From Octopus vulgaris (Eukaryota), in assembly GCA_951406725.2 (NCBI GenBank), contig OX597822.1, positions 87,172,001 through 87,236,000 on the forward strand: 64,000 nucleotides of DNA, read 5' to 3'. The notes under the pieces were generated by a model. That model did no database searches, was not told the origin of the DNA, and saw only the letters and a program-made list of their open reading frames with translations. Positions 55,782 through 63,589 of this stretch are shown here, piece by piece. The translations under genes were made by a program, and so were the position numbers. The first letter of the stretch is position 1, and every line of letters starts with the position of its first letter.

Positions 55782-55932
55782 GAACAATATATGTGTGTAG
55801 CCACAGTCACAAATGATTAATTATTATTATTTTGTTGTTCTTATTATTAATATTACGTGATATAGAAAAACTATAATGTAACACACACATATATCACTGT
55901 CACTGTCGTTTCCTCCTCCTCCTCTTTGTTCT

Positions 55933-55980
<48 letters not shown>

Positions 55981-58900
55981 AAGTTCTATTAATCATTTAG
56001 ACTAATGTATGATGAGGTGCTATTTAAGCAAAATTGATTCCAGGATTCTCTCTGTTGCAAATATCATAAATGGTTATATATTGTTGGTGAAGGAACCAAT
56101 GGCAGAACTTCATCTAAATCATCTGGTTTAACAGTTAAATTTCTCTTTCACCAGGTGCTTTCTTTCTTTTAAAAGGTTGACCATACATAAATTCAATCAC
56201 AGCATTACAAAGTATAAAATAAAAACTGGTGTGGATCAAGCAGGCTGATATGTATGTAAGATGCTGATTATGAAATAGTTTAGATGTCAGAGAAAAGATT
56301 TGTGGTTTAAATGTTGCCCAGCTACAGCTGTTCTCACTGGTTTATTTTCATAACATCTGGTTGATTAGAAGTTATGAAATAACACTAAGGAATTCCTTAT
56401 TTATCTCAAAATACACAAAATACATGTATCTTCACTCTGTAACTCTTCTTTAGCCTTCTTAAGCCTTTTTTGTTTTTGTTTTTTTTTTATAATCATTATT
56501 GTTGTTCTTCTATTTGCATATTTTTGTTGGATCAAAAATTTAGCAATGAAATTTCTTTCTCATTGATTTTATTCAAAATAATGAATGCATCGTTTTTCTC
56601 ATTGCTGTAAATTTTTTACTTACAGTGTGATGGTTGCATGTACAACATGTGTGAACAATGTGATGAATGCCAATGAGAAACTGACACTGGAAACAACATG
56701 TGATAACTGTGGTGATAATGCAAGTGCCTTGACCTATGAGTGGAATGTGTTCCGAGTTATTGATAAAAAATACAATAAAAATTACGGTGCCCATGACTAT
56801 GGCAAATGTGTTGAAGCCAATGGGTCATCCTACATAAAGTTGATATTAAATGATACGGAAGAAAACACCACCACTACCTCCAACACCAATACTACACAAC
56901 AGTCAACTACAACAACAACAACTACTACTACTACTACTACGACTACTACTACTACTGCGAAGCCAACAATACCTCCACCAAAAATGCCACCAATTTATGA
57001 AGACCCTGGTATGTGATATTCATTCAGGTTTTTCTTGTATCACTTAGTAATTATTGATAAAATAGCTTTGAAAATGGATATGTTCTTGCTTGGGGTATTA
57101 TTTTCTTTTGAAAGAACTAGTTTGATCTGTTCATTGACCTTTCAGTTCTGTTTTTACACAAACAGGAAGCAATTGTGCCAATTGCTTGGAATATATATTT
57201 CTTTACTGCCCACAAGGGGCTAAACACAGGGGACAGACAAAGGAATTAAGTCGATTACATTGACCCCAGTGCGTAACTGGTACTTAATTTATCGACCCTG
57301 AAAGGATGAAAGGCAAAGTCGACCTCGGCGGAATTTGAACCCAGAACGTAACGGCAGACGAAATACGGCTACGCATTTCGCCCAGCGTGCTAATGTTTCT
57401 GCTAGCTCGCCGCCTTACAATTGCTTGGAATATAATCACTTCAGTTGATTTCAGAAGAGAACGGAGATTCATTTTAACAATCTTCATAACAAGTGTAAAT
57501 CAATTTGCATTCCATTGTTGCAATTCGACTTTTTTCATACTTACTCACCTGAGGCTGCCACTGCTTCTGTCATACAAACTTACTCTTCTCAAGTGATTTA
57601 AATTAAAACCTATTTAAATTTTATGTTAATTTATATTCCAAACACCAGCTTAATTGTGACAAAAGTTATTTTACTAAATACTTCATTTTTTTCCCAAATT
57701 AATTGAAACAAAGTGTGGATTTCATTAGAAATATGATAATCATCATCATCATCTTCATTTAACGTCTGTTGTCCATGCTGGCATGGGTTTGACAGTTTGA
57801 CCAGGGCTAGAAAGCTGGAAGGCTGCACCAAACTCCATTCTGATTTGGCATTGTTTCTACAACTAGATACCCTTCAAACACTCAAAAGGCGCTTTTCATA
57901 TACCACCATTAAACAATTAAGCAAAGCTGAAATAATCTGATTGGTCTTTTTTTTTTTTCATAATAATTTCTCTTATAAATGGGAAACTCATTTTGGGGAA
58001 AATAAATGAAGTTGTAAGCTATTCAATTGACTACTTTGTGCTAGTTCTACTTGCTTTAACTCTATGGAGGATGGAAATCAGTATTGACTTTGAAATAGAT
58101 TTCAAAGTACATAGAAATTGACATCTGTTGTAGAGGTGTCTCCTGTGGTTTTTTTTTTTTTTTTTTTTATAATTACTTGTTTAAATGCCATCTACTTTAA
58201 AAACTAATAACTTTTCTTCTTAGCACGATTAATAAAATAAAATTCATATCAATCATAATAAGAAAGGTGGTTACGATGTTTGTGTAAGACTAATTTTTTT
58301 ATTCTTTGATACATAGGTTAGTGATAGCATATTTCCTTGGAATTGTCAAATTTTTGTGTTGAAACAATATTTTTTTGTTACAATTTCTAGTTGAAGAAAT
58401 GCCAAGTAATCCTTTTTTCCATGGCATGGGTATACCGGAAGGTAGGTCCACTGTTGTTTTCACATTTTCTTGCCTGTTATCTTAAGTCACATTTTCAGAA
58501 TGTTTAGAATCATTCTTAAATGAGTTTTACGCAAAACTCTAAAATCAGAAGCTTCCTCTTTCTCACTCCCAATCCTGCAGTTGTAATTATTGTATGGTGG
58601 GTGCTTTTTATCCATTTTTGTGTCTTTGCTGTTATAATTAAGAGTTGTTTGATCAGATACAATATACATCATTTTTAGGAGGGAGGTTCTTCTTAAACAC
58701 ATTATCAGAATAAGTAAAAATGAAAAAGAATATGATCAACTCCAACAACTTAAACACCTCTTACTCAATGACATTCACTGAATACTTTGAACACATCCTA
58801 TATGTCCATCCGGGAAGTCCTATACATATCATCCACAAAACCCTACAGCCTTAGTTGTATCAACATTTACAAACATACAAGTAGCAAATACAGTAACGGA

Positions 58901-59225
58901 GTATATAAATAATGAGATATAGAAGTAGCAAATGAAACCATTCATATTGAGAACAAGAACTTTCAAGACCAGTATTTTACATGATTGTAATTGTTAGAAT
59001 GAATTGATTTATTTTCTTATAATGTTACACTTGTGTCATAATCTTAACATTTTCTTCCTACAACAGTTATTGAAGGAGAAGGGGAAAGCAGCAGGCACGG
59101 CCGTTGGCCACGTAAGTTCACTTCTTGTGAATTTCAATTTGTTTTTTCTCATTTCCTGTAGGAGTTCAACTCTCAACAATCTTTAGTCATTAGTCACAAG
59201 TGTTGTGTTTGTGTGCTTGTTTATA

Positions 59226-59266
<41 letters not shown>

Positions 59267-61161
59267 TTTTATGGCTTTGATTGGAGCAGCAGATGAAGAG
59301 TCTGTCTGCCAGGTCATATTGATGTAATTAAACAGATGAAATAAGCTGAAATAGATTGAATGGACTTGAGTGTGTAATATTATACTGAAATAACATTTAG
59401 AAAAGGCAAGCTGTCTCAAGCCTAACAGTTTCCATTGATTGTAATATTTAAACCTCTTTTATCTTTTGTGTTATTTCTTATAATGTCATACTTGTGTCAT
59501 ATATTCACATTTTCTCCTTACAGCAATTATTGAAGAAGGGGAAAGCGGCAAGCAAGACCGTCGGATGCGTAAGTGGAATTTTTGTGAATTTTGAATTTTG
59601 TTTTCTCATTTTCTGTTAGAGTGAACCGCTCAACCAACTTCATCAATCATTTTTATTCATCTGCTCTGCTGAGTGGTTGGTGTTAGGAAGTGCATCCGGC
59701 TGTAAAAATCCAGCCAAAACAGTTACAGAAGTCTGGTGCAGGCTTCTGCCTGGTTGGCTCTTGTCAAACCATCCCAACAGCATGGAAGGTAGACGTTAAA
59801 CAACAACAACAACAACATCTCTCAACCATCATCAACAATCACTTTTATTCGTCTACATCAAAAAAACTTTCCTCCCAGTTGAATATCACCACTTTTGCAA
59901 ATGCAAGGTCTACAATACCCAATGCATGGTTGTGTGGTAAGAAGCTTGCTTCCCAATCACATACTATGGCACCTTCTCCAATGATAACTTGGTGTGTTCA
60001 GCTATCATGCCAGGCTCCACTGCTCATTAGGCTCAGAAAGGCAAACTGTCAAAGTATCTCTGACAAGTTTATTGTTGACTCTATGGCTGTGAAGACCTCT
60101 GGCATTCTTCATCCCTGCTCACTTCTATCAGGATGGAGATGGCTGTCTCAAAGTGCAAGCTGTATGTGTCAGAGAAAGGCTGTTCCAGTGCATCCCCATT
60201 GCCATTCTCTGGGACAATGTCTTTTCCATTTTGTCTGCTTGGACCATGAAGCAGTCTAACAGGAAATTATGCATTCCACTCCTTAATGTTAATCTACACC
60301 TTTATATATGTGTTTTGTTGTTGCTTACATACAAGCAACAGAGCACCACATTATCATTTCAGTCAGTCCTGACAGGAGAACCAAGTAATTTGCAAAACAA
60401 AATAATCTCCTTGACTGGGAGGGGGTGAGTAATAATAAGGTTGGGTAGCTTTGTGCCAGTTGATGAGGTGTTATAGAGAGAAAGAGATAGGTGTCTTGCT
60501 GTAGAGATACATTGATACAACTGTTGGAGAAGAAAATGTGTTAAAGTGTTAGATGAAGAGAGTGTGTGCATCAGAGCTATGAGCCACCCAGTAACTTTCA
60601 TGACCTGGTCCAGCAATTTGATGCATCTGTAATTATTCCTCAGGCATCACCTTTATCTTTGTAGTAGTCAATTATAATGTTGCTCCACCAGTTGTTGGTT
60701 ATGACCCCCTTATAGACAACCTGATCAACCTTAAGAGTAACTGGACCATATCCCACTCTTTCAGATGCACAAGTACATATGTAATATACACACACACATA
60801 TACACACCCACACATGTATAAAATATATATTTGCATGTATTTGAAGAAGATTGCCCATCTACATGTGGCAGAGTTTGTTTATTTGTGTGACATTAATGAC
60901 TCACACATAACTACTTGGTTTCATTTTTGGTAATCAATCAGGCTGTATCAAAGCCTGACTGATCACTGACTGTGAAAAACTAGCCAGTGTAGATATGCAG
61001 GAAATTAGAGAGAGATAATGTGTGTGTGTGTGTGTGTGAGAGAGAGGTAGTTATTGTTTCCAGTTTGAAATGTATTTCAAATTACTGAAGCTTAATTTTG
61101 GCTGTTTAATTTTTTCATCTATTTTTAGAACCCCAATTACCTCAGAGTAAAAATGTTGAAG
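15746..61161 (+). CDS. PKD1L1: Partial multi-exon gene (18 exons here; start and stop outside window): polycystin-1-family protein with tandem PKD repeats and REJ domain, PKD1L1-like
   Basis: Manual splicing of 18 GT-AG exons gives a stop-free 3293-nt frame with all phases matching. PKD motifs: SFGDG, DYGDG, WNLGD, WDLG, WNFGDG and G-x-Y...N-x-x-S. REJ motifs: PCNPPEV, TLQYGNYT, LDGSYSRDPD, YQWHC, LETTCDNC. The PKD1L1 name is recalled similarity, not a search result. Confidence 0.85.
16082..16637 (-). mobile_element. Non-autonomous Helitron (556 bp)
   Basis: Minus strand begins A|TC followed by a gtctgtctgtgtg tract. It ends with hairpin ctgtcca-t-tggacag and CTGG|T (CTRR). Inserted in an AT dinucleotide, no TSD. 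Confidence 0.8.
17657..17949 (-). mobile_element. Tc1-like transposon 5' fragment
   Basis: TA|caggggttggacaaaataatggaaacacc TIR. ATG at 17761 gives MTDLSNFQRGQTVGAHMVG...AEMFGVSRNT (Tc1 paired-like HTH start). Confidence 0.8.
19648..19868. mobile_element. piggyBac-type MITE (221 bp)
   Basis: TTAA on both sides (19644-47, 19869-72) and perfect 12-bp TIR cccttttgttac/gtaacaaaaggg. Confidence 0.88.
21380..21860 (-). mobile_element. Degenerate L1/Tx1-like LINE ORF2 3' end
   Basis: ORF 21378..21668 (LINFFKFQM...LSSSEFIERW) with an upstream decayed CxxC knuckle. Recalled similarity only. Confidence 0.4.
25022..26268 (-). mobile_element. Near full-length mariner (DD34D-type, irritans-like) with pseudogenised transposase
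   Basis: Perfect 30-bp TIR cgaggggcgttcaataagtaatgcccctga with TA flanks, 1247 bp. Motifs VSARWISKLL, ITQDKTWVHHYDP, KVMLTVFWD, LLQDNAPVH, LAPSDFHLF. Contains stops and frameshifts. Confidence 0.96.
26283..28100 (-). mobile_element. 5'-truncated RTE-clade LINE (reverse transcriptase, 3' UTR, (GAT)n tail)
   Basis: QFGFVLGRSTTDAIF...FVDLEKAFD, SPLLFIIVL, ELLYAYD (YADD mutated), MLHGSE.W, RLRWYGHV, RGRGRP. Confidence 0.95.
28400..29340 (-). mobile_element. Penelope-like retroelement reverse transcriptase relic
   Basis: Minus strand VAMRAYDSADMGNLIGLY, GFYRDDVLA, VINFLDVTLDL, YRKPN...YINTHPCHPP...RISNLSS. Confidence 0.85.
29890..30230 (-). mobile_element. RTE-family 3' fragment
   Basis: gtttaacgtctgttttctatgctggcatgggttgg tail region; WDEVLKANLKMLNL C-terminus. 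Confidence 0.75.
32381..32495 (+). CDS. PKD1L1: Exon 2 (115 nt, phase 2-0): NSTWEAVFRGNPYNLFHWNVTNLEYDIESALVTSSEPK
   Basis: Long poly-T tract plus cag acceptor; aaa|gtaagt donor. Phases fit both neighbours. Confidence 0.85.
32900..34985 (+). mobile_element. Degenerate CRE-clade non-LTR retrotransposon
   Basis: LRKKDSGIHSITMGNVFWRFAA...VQQGVNVASECKGAAHATR resembles KKDGGIRPIAVG..LRRL...QLGVG..GGCEAAVHA. Also GDSL, WYLDG (WYLDD) and GAWLNVLP. Many stops. Confidence 0.75.
34985..35570 (+). mobile_element. RTE-tail element with pyrimidine-rich 5' part
   Basis: Ends acccatgccagcaaggaaggtggacgttaaatgatgatgat, the same tail family in sense orientation. Confidence 0.7.
35854..36422 (+). CDS. PKD1L1: Exon 3 (569 nt, phase 0-2), PKD repeats: LSFHLSVPSFYNISVFAKNSIS...VSFGDG...PGQYELEMIVYNDVS...GNNITFSW
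   Basis: Matches ORF 35842..36426. ttttcag acceptor, ag|gtaaag donor, clear PKD motifs. Confidence 0.93.
36575..36881 (-). mobile_element. Non-autonomous Helitron (307 bp)
   Basis: Minus strand A|TCTTTATATATAAA start; 3' hairpin cccgagcaacgccggg then CTAG|T; no TSD. Confidence 0.88.
37297..37533 (+). CDS. PKD1L1: Exon 4 (237 nt, phase 2-2): DNRSSTAVFRFLTAGQEYEISVEMVDPW...KIAFQA
   Basis: atttag acceptor, aa|gtaagt donor, 78 open codons, phases fit. Confidence 0.88.
38090..38490 (+). mobile_element. R4/Dong-like non-LTR retrotransposon relic (CCHC knuckle and REL start)
   Basis: EGHAFSIQE*EIST...CRLCGVNTEDITHIISSYPKISQYYLPMRHEVVA, then a decayed HN.PD motif. Confidence 0.7.
38709..38836 (+). 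CDS. PKD1L1: Exon 5 (128 nt, phase 2-1): CTGSNVTFLFDYGDGEDVDVVYVLNSFTDNVQNAVSYKKFAK
   Basis: ttttacag acceptor, g|gtaagg donor, GSNVTF..DYGDG PKD core. Confidence 0.92.
39158..39382 (+). mobile_element. tRNA-derived SINE with gcctttcatcctttcggggtcga core (resembles Meta-domain SINEs)
   Basis: B-box gagttcaaatt. Close copy at 57196-57417; decayed copies near 13205, 31890, 32060 and 40490. Confidence 0.8.
39675..40177 (+). mobile_element. Mariner 3' half relic
   Basis: SIWWDCKGVIHF.LL...TINAQVYCQQL, FHQDNARSH, LAPSD; ends ggacagaacttatgggatgacctga|ta. Confidence 0.88.
40791..41018 (+). CDS. PKD1L1: Exon 6 (228 nt, phase 1-1): GIYSIKLTARNPLG...SGTNVTFDWNLGDQTELINA
   Basis: Within ORF 40778..41083. 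tttcag acceptor, g|gtaaaa donor, PKD motifs. Confidence 0.93.
42235..42710 (-). mobile_element. RTE-family 3' fragment
   Basis: Tail family match plus coding remnants homologous to 26780-27090. Confidence 0.8.
43397..43516 (+). CDS. PKD1L1: Exon 7 (120 nt, phase 1-1): LTVSHRYLTAGRKSITLHAKNKGSTISTSMEVYGWNKIS
   Basis: atacag acceptor, a|gtaagg donor. VSHRY..AG..TL.A.N..S is the second half of a PKD repeat. Confidence 0.9.
44377..44433. repeat. (TA)n microsatellite
   Basis: Direct reading. Confidence 0.97.
44731..44917 (+). CDS. PKD1L1: Exon 8 (187 nt, phase 1-2): VQLKNNGSIKKGAVMEPMLLEAVLVP...MKWDLGNNND...VYRQSG
   Basis: 3' part of ORF 44532..44921. tgcag acceptor, cg|gtgagt donor. Confidence 0.9.
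47181..47420 (+). CDS. PKD1L1: Exon 9 (240 nt, phase 2-2): YTVTATAFNDFS...GSDLNFRWNFGDGTPEETEKTVYHKFN
   Basis: Within ORF 47137..47544. ttcccag acceptor, ag|gtttag donor, canonical WNFGDG. Confidence 0.93.
47600..48007 (-). mobile_element. Internally deleted Tc1/mariner element, maT (DD37D)-like
   Basis: TA|cagagtgcgatgggtaaattgtcgcc end; ITNDGNVMPPFIFPHGLRLNTEAYIKCVEEV. Second copy at 63590-64000. Confidence 0.75.
48128..48260 (+). CDS. PKD1L1: Exon 10 (133 nt, phase 2-0): TGIYDVILTVFNEISKSVDTKKLFVLEYPCNPPEVNILGSNNQI (last PKD repeat to REJ start)
   Basis: ttcttcag acceptor, ata|gtaagt donor. C-x-P-P-x-V marks the REJ boundary. Confidence 0.92.
49139..49348 (+). CDS. PKD1L1: Exon 11 (210 nt, phase 0-0): VQRSKDVHIEPVVSVDCSNKRDISYIW...LFLPRLTLQYGNYTVDLE (REJ)
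   Basis: actag acceptor, gag|gtaagt donor, overlaps ORF 49175..49438. Confidence 0.9.
50832..51013 (+). CDS. PKD1L1: Exon 12 (182 nt, phase 0-2): VKIDGTIVYTKV...IVLDGSYSRDPDSLTNSHL (REJ)
   Basis: ORF 50832..51017. aag acceptor, ag|gtaatt donor, LDxSxSxDPD REJ hallmark. Confidence 0.93.
52215..52442 (+). CDS. PKD1L1: Exon 13 (228 nt, phase 2-2): YQWHCLNLERKNSTCF...FEFRLTVSV...HIPNIL (REJ)
   Basis: Within ORF 52174..52446. ttacag acceptor, aa|gtaaga donor. Confidence 0.92.
52985..53221 (-). mobile_element. Probable Helitron 5' fragment
   Basis: Minus strand A|TCTAGTATACATAAA start and caaccgattttcaccaaacttt motif, like the other Helitrons. No 3' end found. Confidence 0.5.
53452..54150 (-). 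mobile_element. RTE LINE 3' fragment
   Basis: (CAT)n tail and coding remnants (WYGHV, RGRPRK). Confidence 0.85.
54648..55260 (+). mobile_element. RTE LINE 3' fragment, inverted relative to 53452-54150
   Basis: VEGTCGRGRPRK...NRDLWRYALLEK; ends (GAT)n. Confidence 0.85.
55485..55741 (-). mobile_element. tRNA-derived SINE (third family) within a TA tract
   Basis: Minus strand ggaggcacaatggcccagtggttaggg (A box)...gtttcgattccc (B box), CpGs retained, followed by a non-tRNA body. Confidence 0.75.
56626..57008 (+). CDS. PKD1L1: Exon 14 (383 nt, phase 2-1): VMVACTTC...LETTCDNC...YEWNVFRV, then a Thr-rich tract (T17) and PTIPPPKMPPIYEDP
   Basis: Within ORF 56585..57016. ttacag acceptor, g|gtatgt donor. 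Confidence 0.92.
57196..57417 (-). mobile_element. Young SINE with 17-bp target-site duplication
   Basis: caattgcttggaatata at 57179-57195 and 57418-57434. Body homologous to 39158-39382. Confidence 0.9.
58391..58441 (+). CDS. PKD1L1: Microexon 15 (51 nt, phase 1-1): (V)EEMPSNPFFHGMGIPE
   Basis: T-rich tract plus tttctag acceptor, g|gtaggt donor. Length is 3n, frame is open, phase fits. Confidence 0.75.
59067..59111 (+). CDS. PKD1L1: Microexon 16 (45 nt, phase 1-1): (V)IEGEGESSRHGRWP
   Basis: tttcttcctacaacag acceptor, c|gtaagt donor. GC/purine-rich island in AT-rich intron; paralogous to 59524-59568. Confidence 0.8.
59524..59568 (+). CDS. PKD1L1: Microexon 17 (45 nt, phase 1-1): (P)IIEEGESGKQDRRM
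   Basis: tttctccttacag acceptor, c|gtaagt donor. Duplicate of the previous microexon. Confidence 0.8.
61129..61161 (+). CDS. PKD1L1: Microexon 18 (33 nt, phase 1-1): (Q)PQLPQSKNVE
   Basis: tttttcatctatttttag acceptor and consensus aag|gtaagt donor. Length is 3n and the frame is open. Confidence 0.72.
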
Positions 61162-62474
61162 GTAAGTGTACTTTTTGACTTCACTGTTTTTTATACTAAT
61201 GTTAATTTATTGTTGGCTCTTCTTTGAGCTGTTATGTCGGGAGATTAGTTGAAATCTTTGTTATGTCTAATGCTCTTCACTGCAATAAATTTAACATTCT
61301 CTCTCTCTCTCCCCCTCTCTCTCTCTCTCTGTACATATGTATACTGTATATTATATATTTGAGAATGTTTGTCTATGTCCACGTCCATCTTCTACACTTC
61401 CTTGTTTTGTAAGAAGCGATTGCCAGTACTCTGCTGCTACTTCATATTGCATAATTCCTTTTCCGCTTTGAAAGCTTTGCTTTGATACTTCCAGACTCGA
61501 TCTCTTTCTCTCCCTCCCATGCAATCCCTCTTTACCATACTTGCTATTTACTTTTATTTCTCTTTCATTGTCTTTTATTCCAGTCCACCTTAGCCACTAG
61601 TGCTAGCAATACTTCTTCACTTTCCTTCCTTTTCTCTTCCTCACTTCATGCTTTTCATTTCTCCATCTCCTCTCCTTCTTTCGTAACTCTAACCTTTCTT
61701 CTTTTGTTGCTGCACCTTTCTTTTTTTTTTTTCTTTCTTTTTTTTCTTTTGTGCAACCCACAAATGTTCAAAGCTTCATTTGAATGCAATCATTAGTTAT
61801 CCTGAAATTCAAATTTTCTTTGTAACAGTATTTATGGCTATACTAGGTACACAGGTGCAGACATGGCCGTAGGCACAGATGTGGTGAAAGTTTGTCTCCC
61901 AACCACATAGTTCCAGGTTCAGTCCCACATTTCACCTTGGGCAAGTGTCTTCTACGGTAGGCCCAGGCTGGCCAAAGCCTTGTCAGTGGACTTGGTAGAT
62001 AGAAACGGAAAGAAAAATGTCACATATATATAAATGTGAATTGGAATCAAAAAGTTCCAATTCACATAAGCTATGTTTAATATAAAAATAACTTAGGGGC
62101 CAGACCTCTTTGTCATTTAACATCTGTTTGTCATGCCAGCATGGGTTGGACAGTTTTGGAGGAGCTGGTAAGCCTAGGGATTGCACCAGGCTCCATTGTC
62201 TGTTCTTGCATAGTTCTTTTCCACATATGTAGTAGATATATATATATGTATATATATGTATATATTGTATATATATATGTATATATGGTATATATATTTT
62301 TATATATATATATATATATATGCATGTATAATATGTATATCATCATCATCATCATCATCATCATTAAACATCTGTTGTCCATGCTGGCATGGATTTGAGG
62401 GTTTGACCTGGGCTGGCCAGCTGAAAGGCTACACTGGACAAGTCTATTGTAGTTCAGGCTTCCACCACTAGAAG

Positions 62475-63455
62475 TCACTTGATGCAACCCTCAGGCATCA
62501 CTATGCCAACTGACGTCAGCAAGTGAAGTGATTCTGCCACTTGGTACTTCTTTGTTTTGCAGTGCTTCTCCCTTGTTCATCAATTTTTGCAATGGCTGAA
62601 ATGAAGGAACCACATGCTTCCTTGAAATTTTGTTTTCAAACAAAACAGTGGCTGAAACAGCTGTCATTGCTTCAAACAGCTTACAAGGATGTTGCCATGA
62701 ACAAAACACAAGTTTACGAATGGCTTTCATGCTTTAGGAATGGCTACTTGTTGCTTGAAGACCAGCCTCATTCAGGACGTTGGTCAACCTCCGGAATGAA
62801 TGTAAACACGAACTGATTTTGGAGGATCATCACCGAATAATTGAGTTATTGATCTGACTGGTGAGTCCTGGAGCCCCCGTCAATGAATTCTGAGGGAAGA
62901 ATTGCGACTGAAAAGAGTTGCAGCAAAATTTGTGCCTTGCTTGCTCACGAAAGATCAAAAGTAGTCATGAATGATTGTGTGTCGTGTACTGAAAGAACAG
63001 CTGGAAGTTGATTCAGACCCTTTTTTTGAAGGTCATCACTGGTGATGAAAGCTGGTGTTATGGAATTTGCAGATGTGGAAGAGATGAAGAAAAAAGCAAC
63101 AGAGGCATCTAAAAGTATCACTTCGCAAGAGTTCCAGCACTGCTTCGAATAGTGGAAAATGTGTTGACTGGCCCCCGTGCTGGTGGCTCGTAAAAAGCAC
63201 CCACTACACTCTCGGAGTGGTTGACGTTAGGAAAAGCATCCAGGTGTAGAAACATTGCCAGATGCAGCCTCCGGGTTTGCCAGACCTCAGTCAAACCGTC
63301 CAACCCATGCCAGCATGGAAAGCGGGTGTTAAACGATGATGATGTTGCAATACTTCAAATAGAGAATACTTTGAAGGCAATAAAAGTGTAGACATGTAAA
63401 ACTAAGTGAATAAAATTACATTGCAAAATTCCAGTTTCTTTTAGGTACCCCCTTG
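62475..63455 (+). mobile_element. Internally deleted mariner interrupted by an RTE-tail insertion (about 63165-63345)
   Basis: ATG at 62592: MAEMKEPHASLKFCF...KTQVYEW...EDQPHSGR, KRVAAKFVP, VITGDESWCYG, then a jump to FADVEEMK...EYFEG. TIR-like end at about 63430-63455. Confidence 0.85.
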
Positions 63456-63501
63456 TGTATGTATATATATGTGTGTGTATGTATATATATATGTATGTAT
63501 G

Positions 63502-63534
<33 letters not shown>

Positions 63535-63589
63535 ATATATATTAAAGATTGATGGAGAAGACAGAGTGTACCAAAAAGCAATCTATTAT

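Noticed and set aside
59140-59200. Acceptor-like ttttctcatttcctgtag just after microexon 16
   Set aside because: Only about 50 nt from the donor and no downstream donor; treated as duplicated intron sequence.
60367-60384. Possible 18-nt phase 1-1 microexon (LTGEP)
   Set aside because: Poor pyrimidine tract and weak donor; not supportable without reads.
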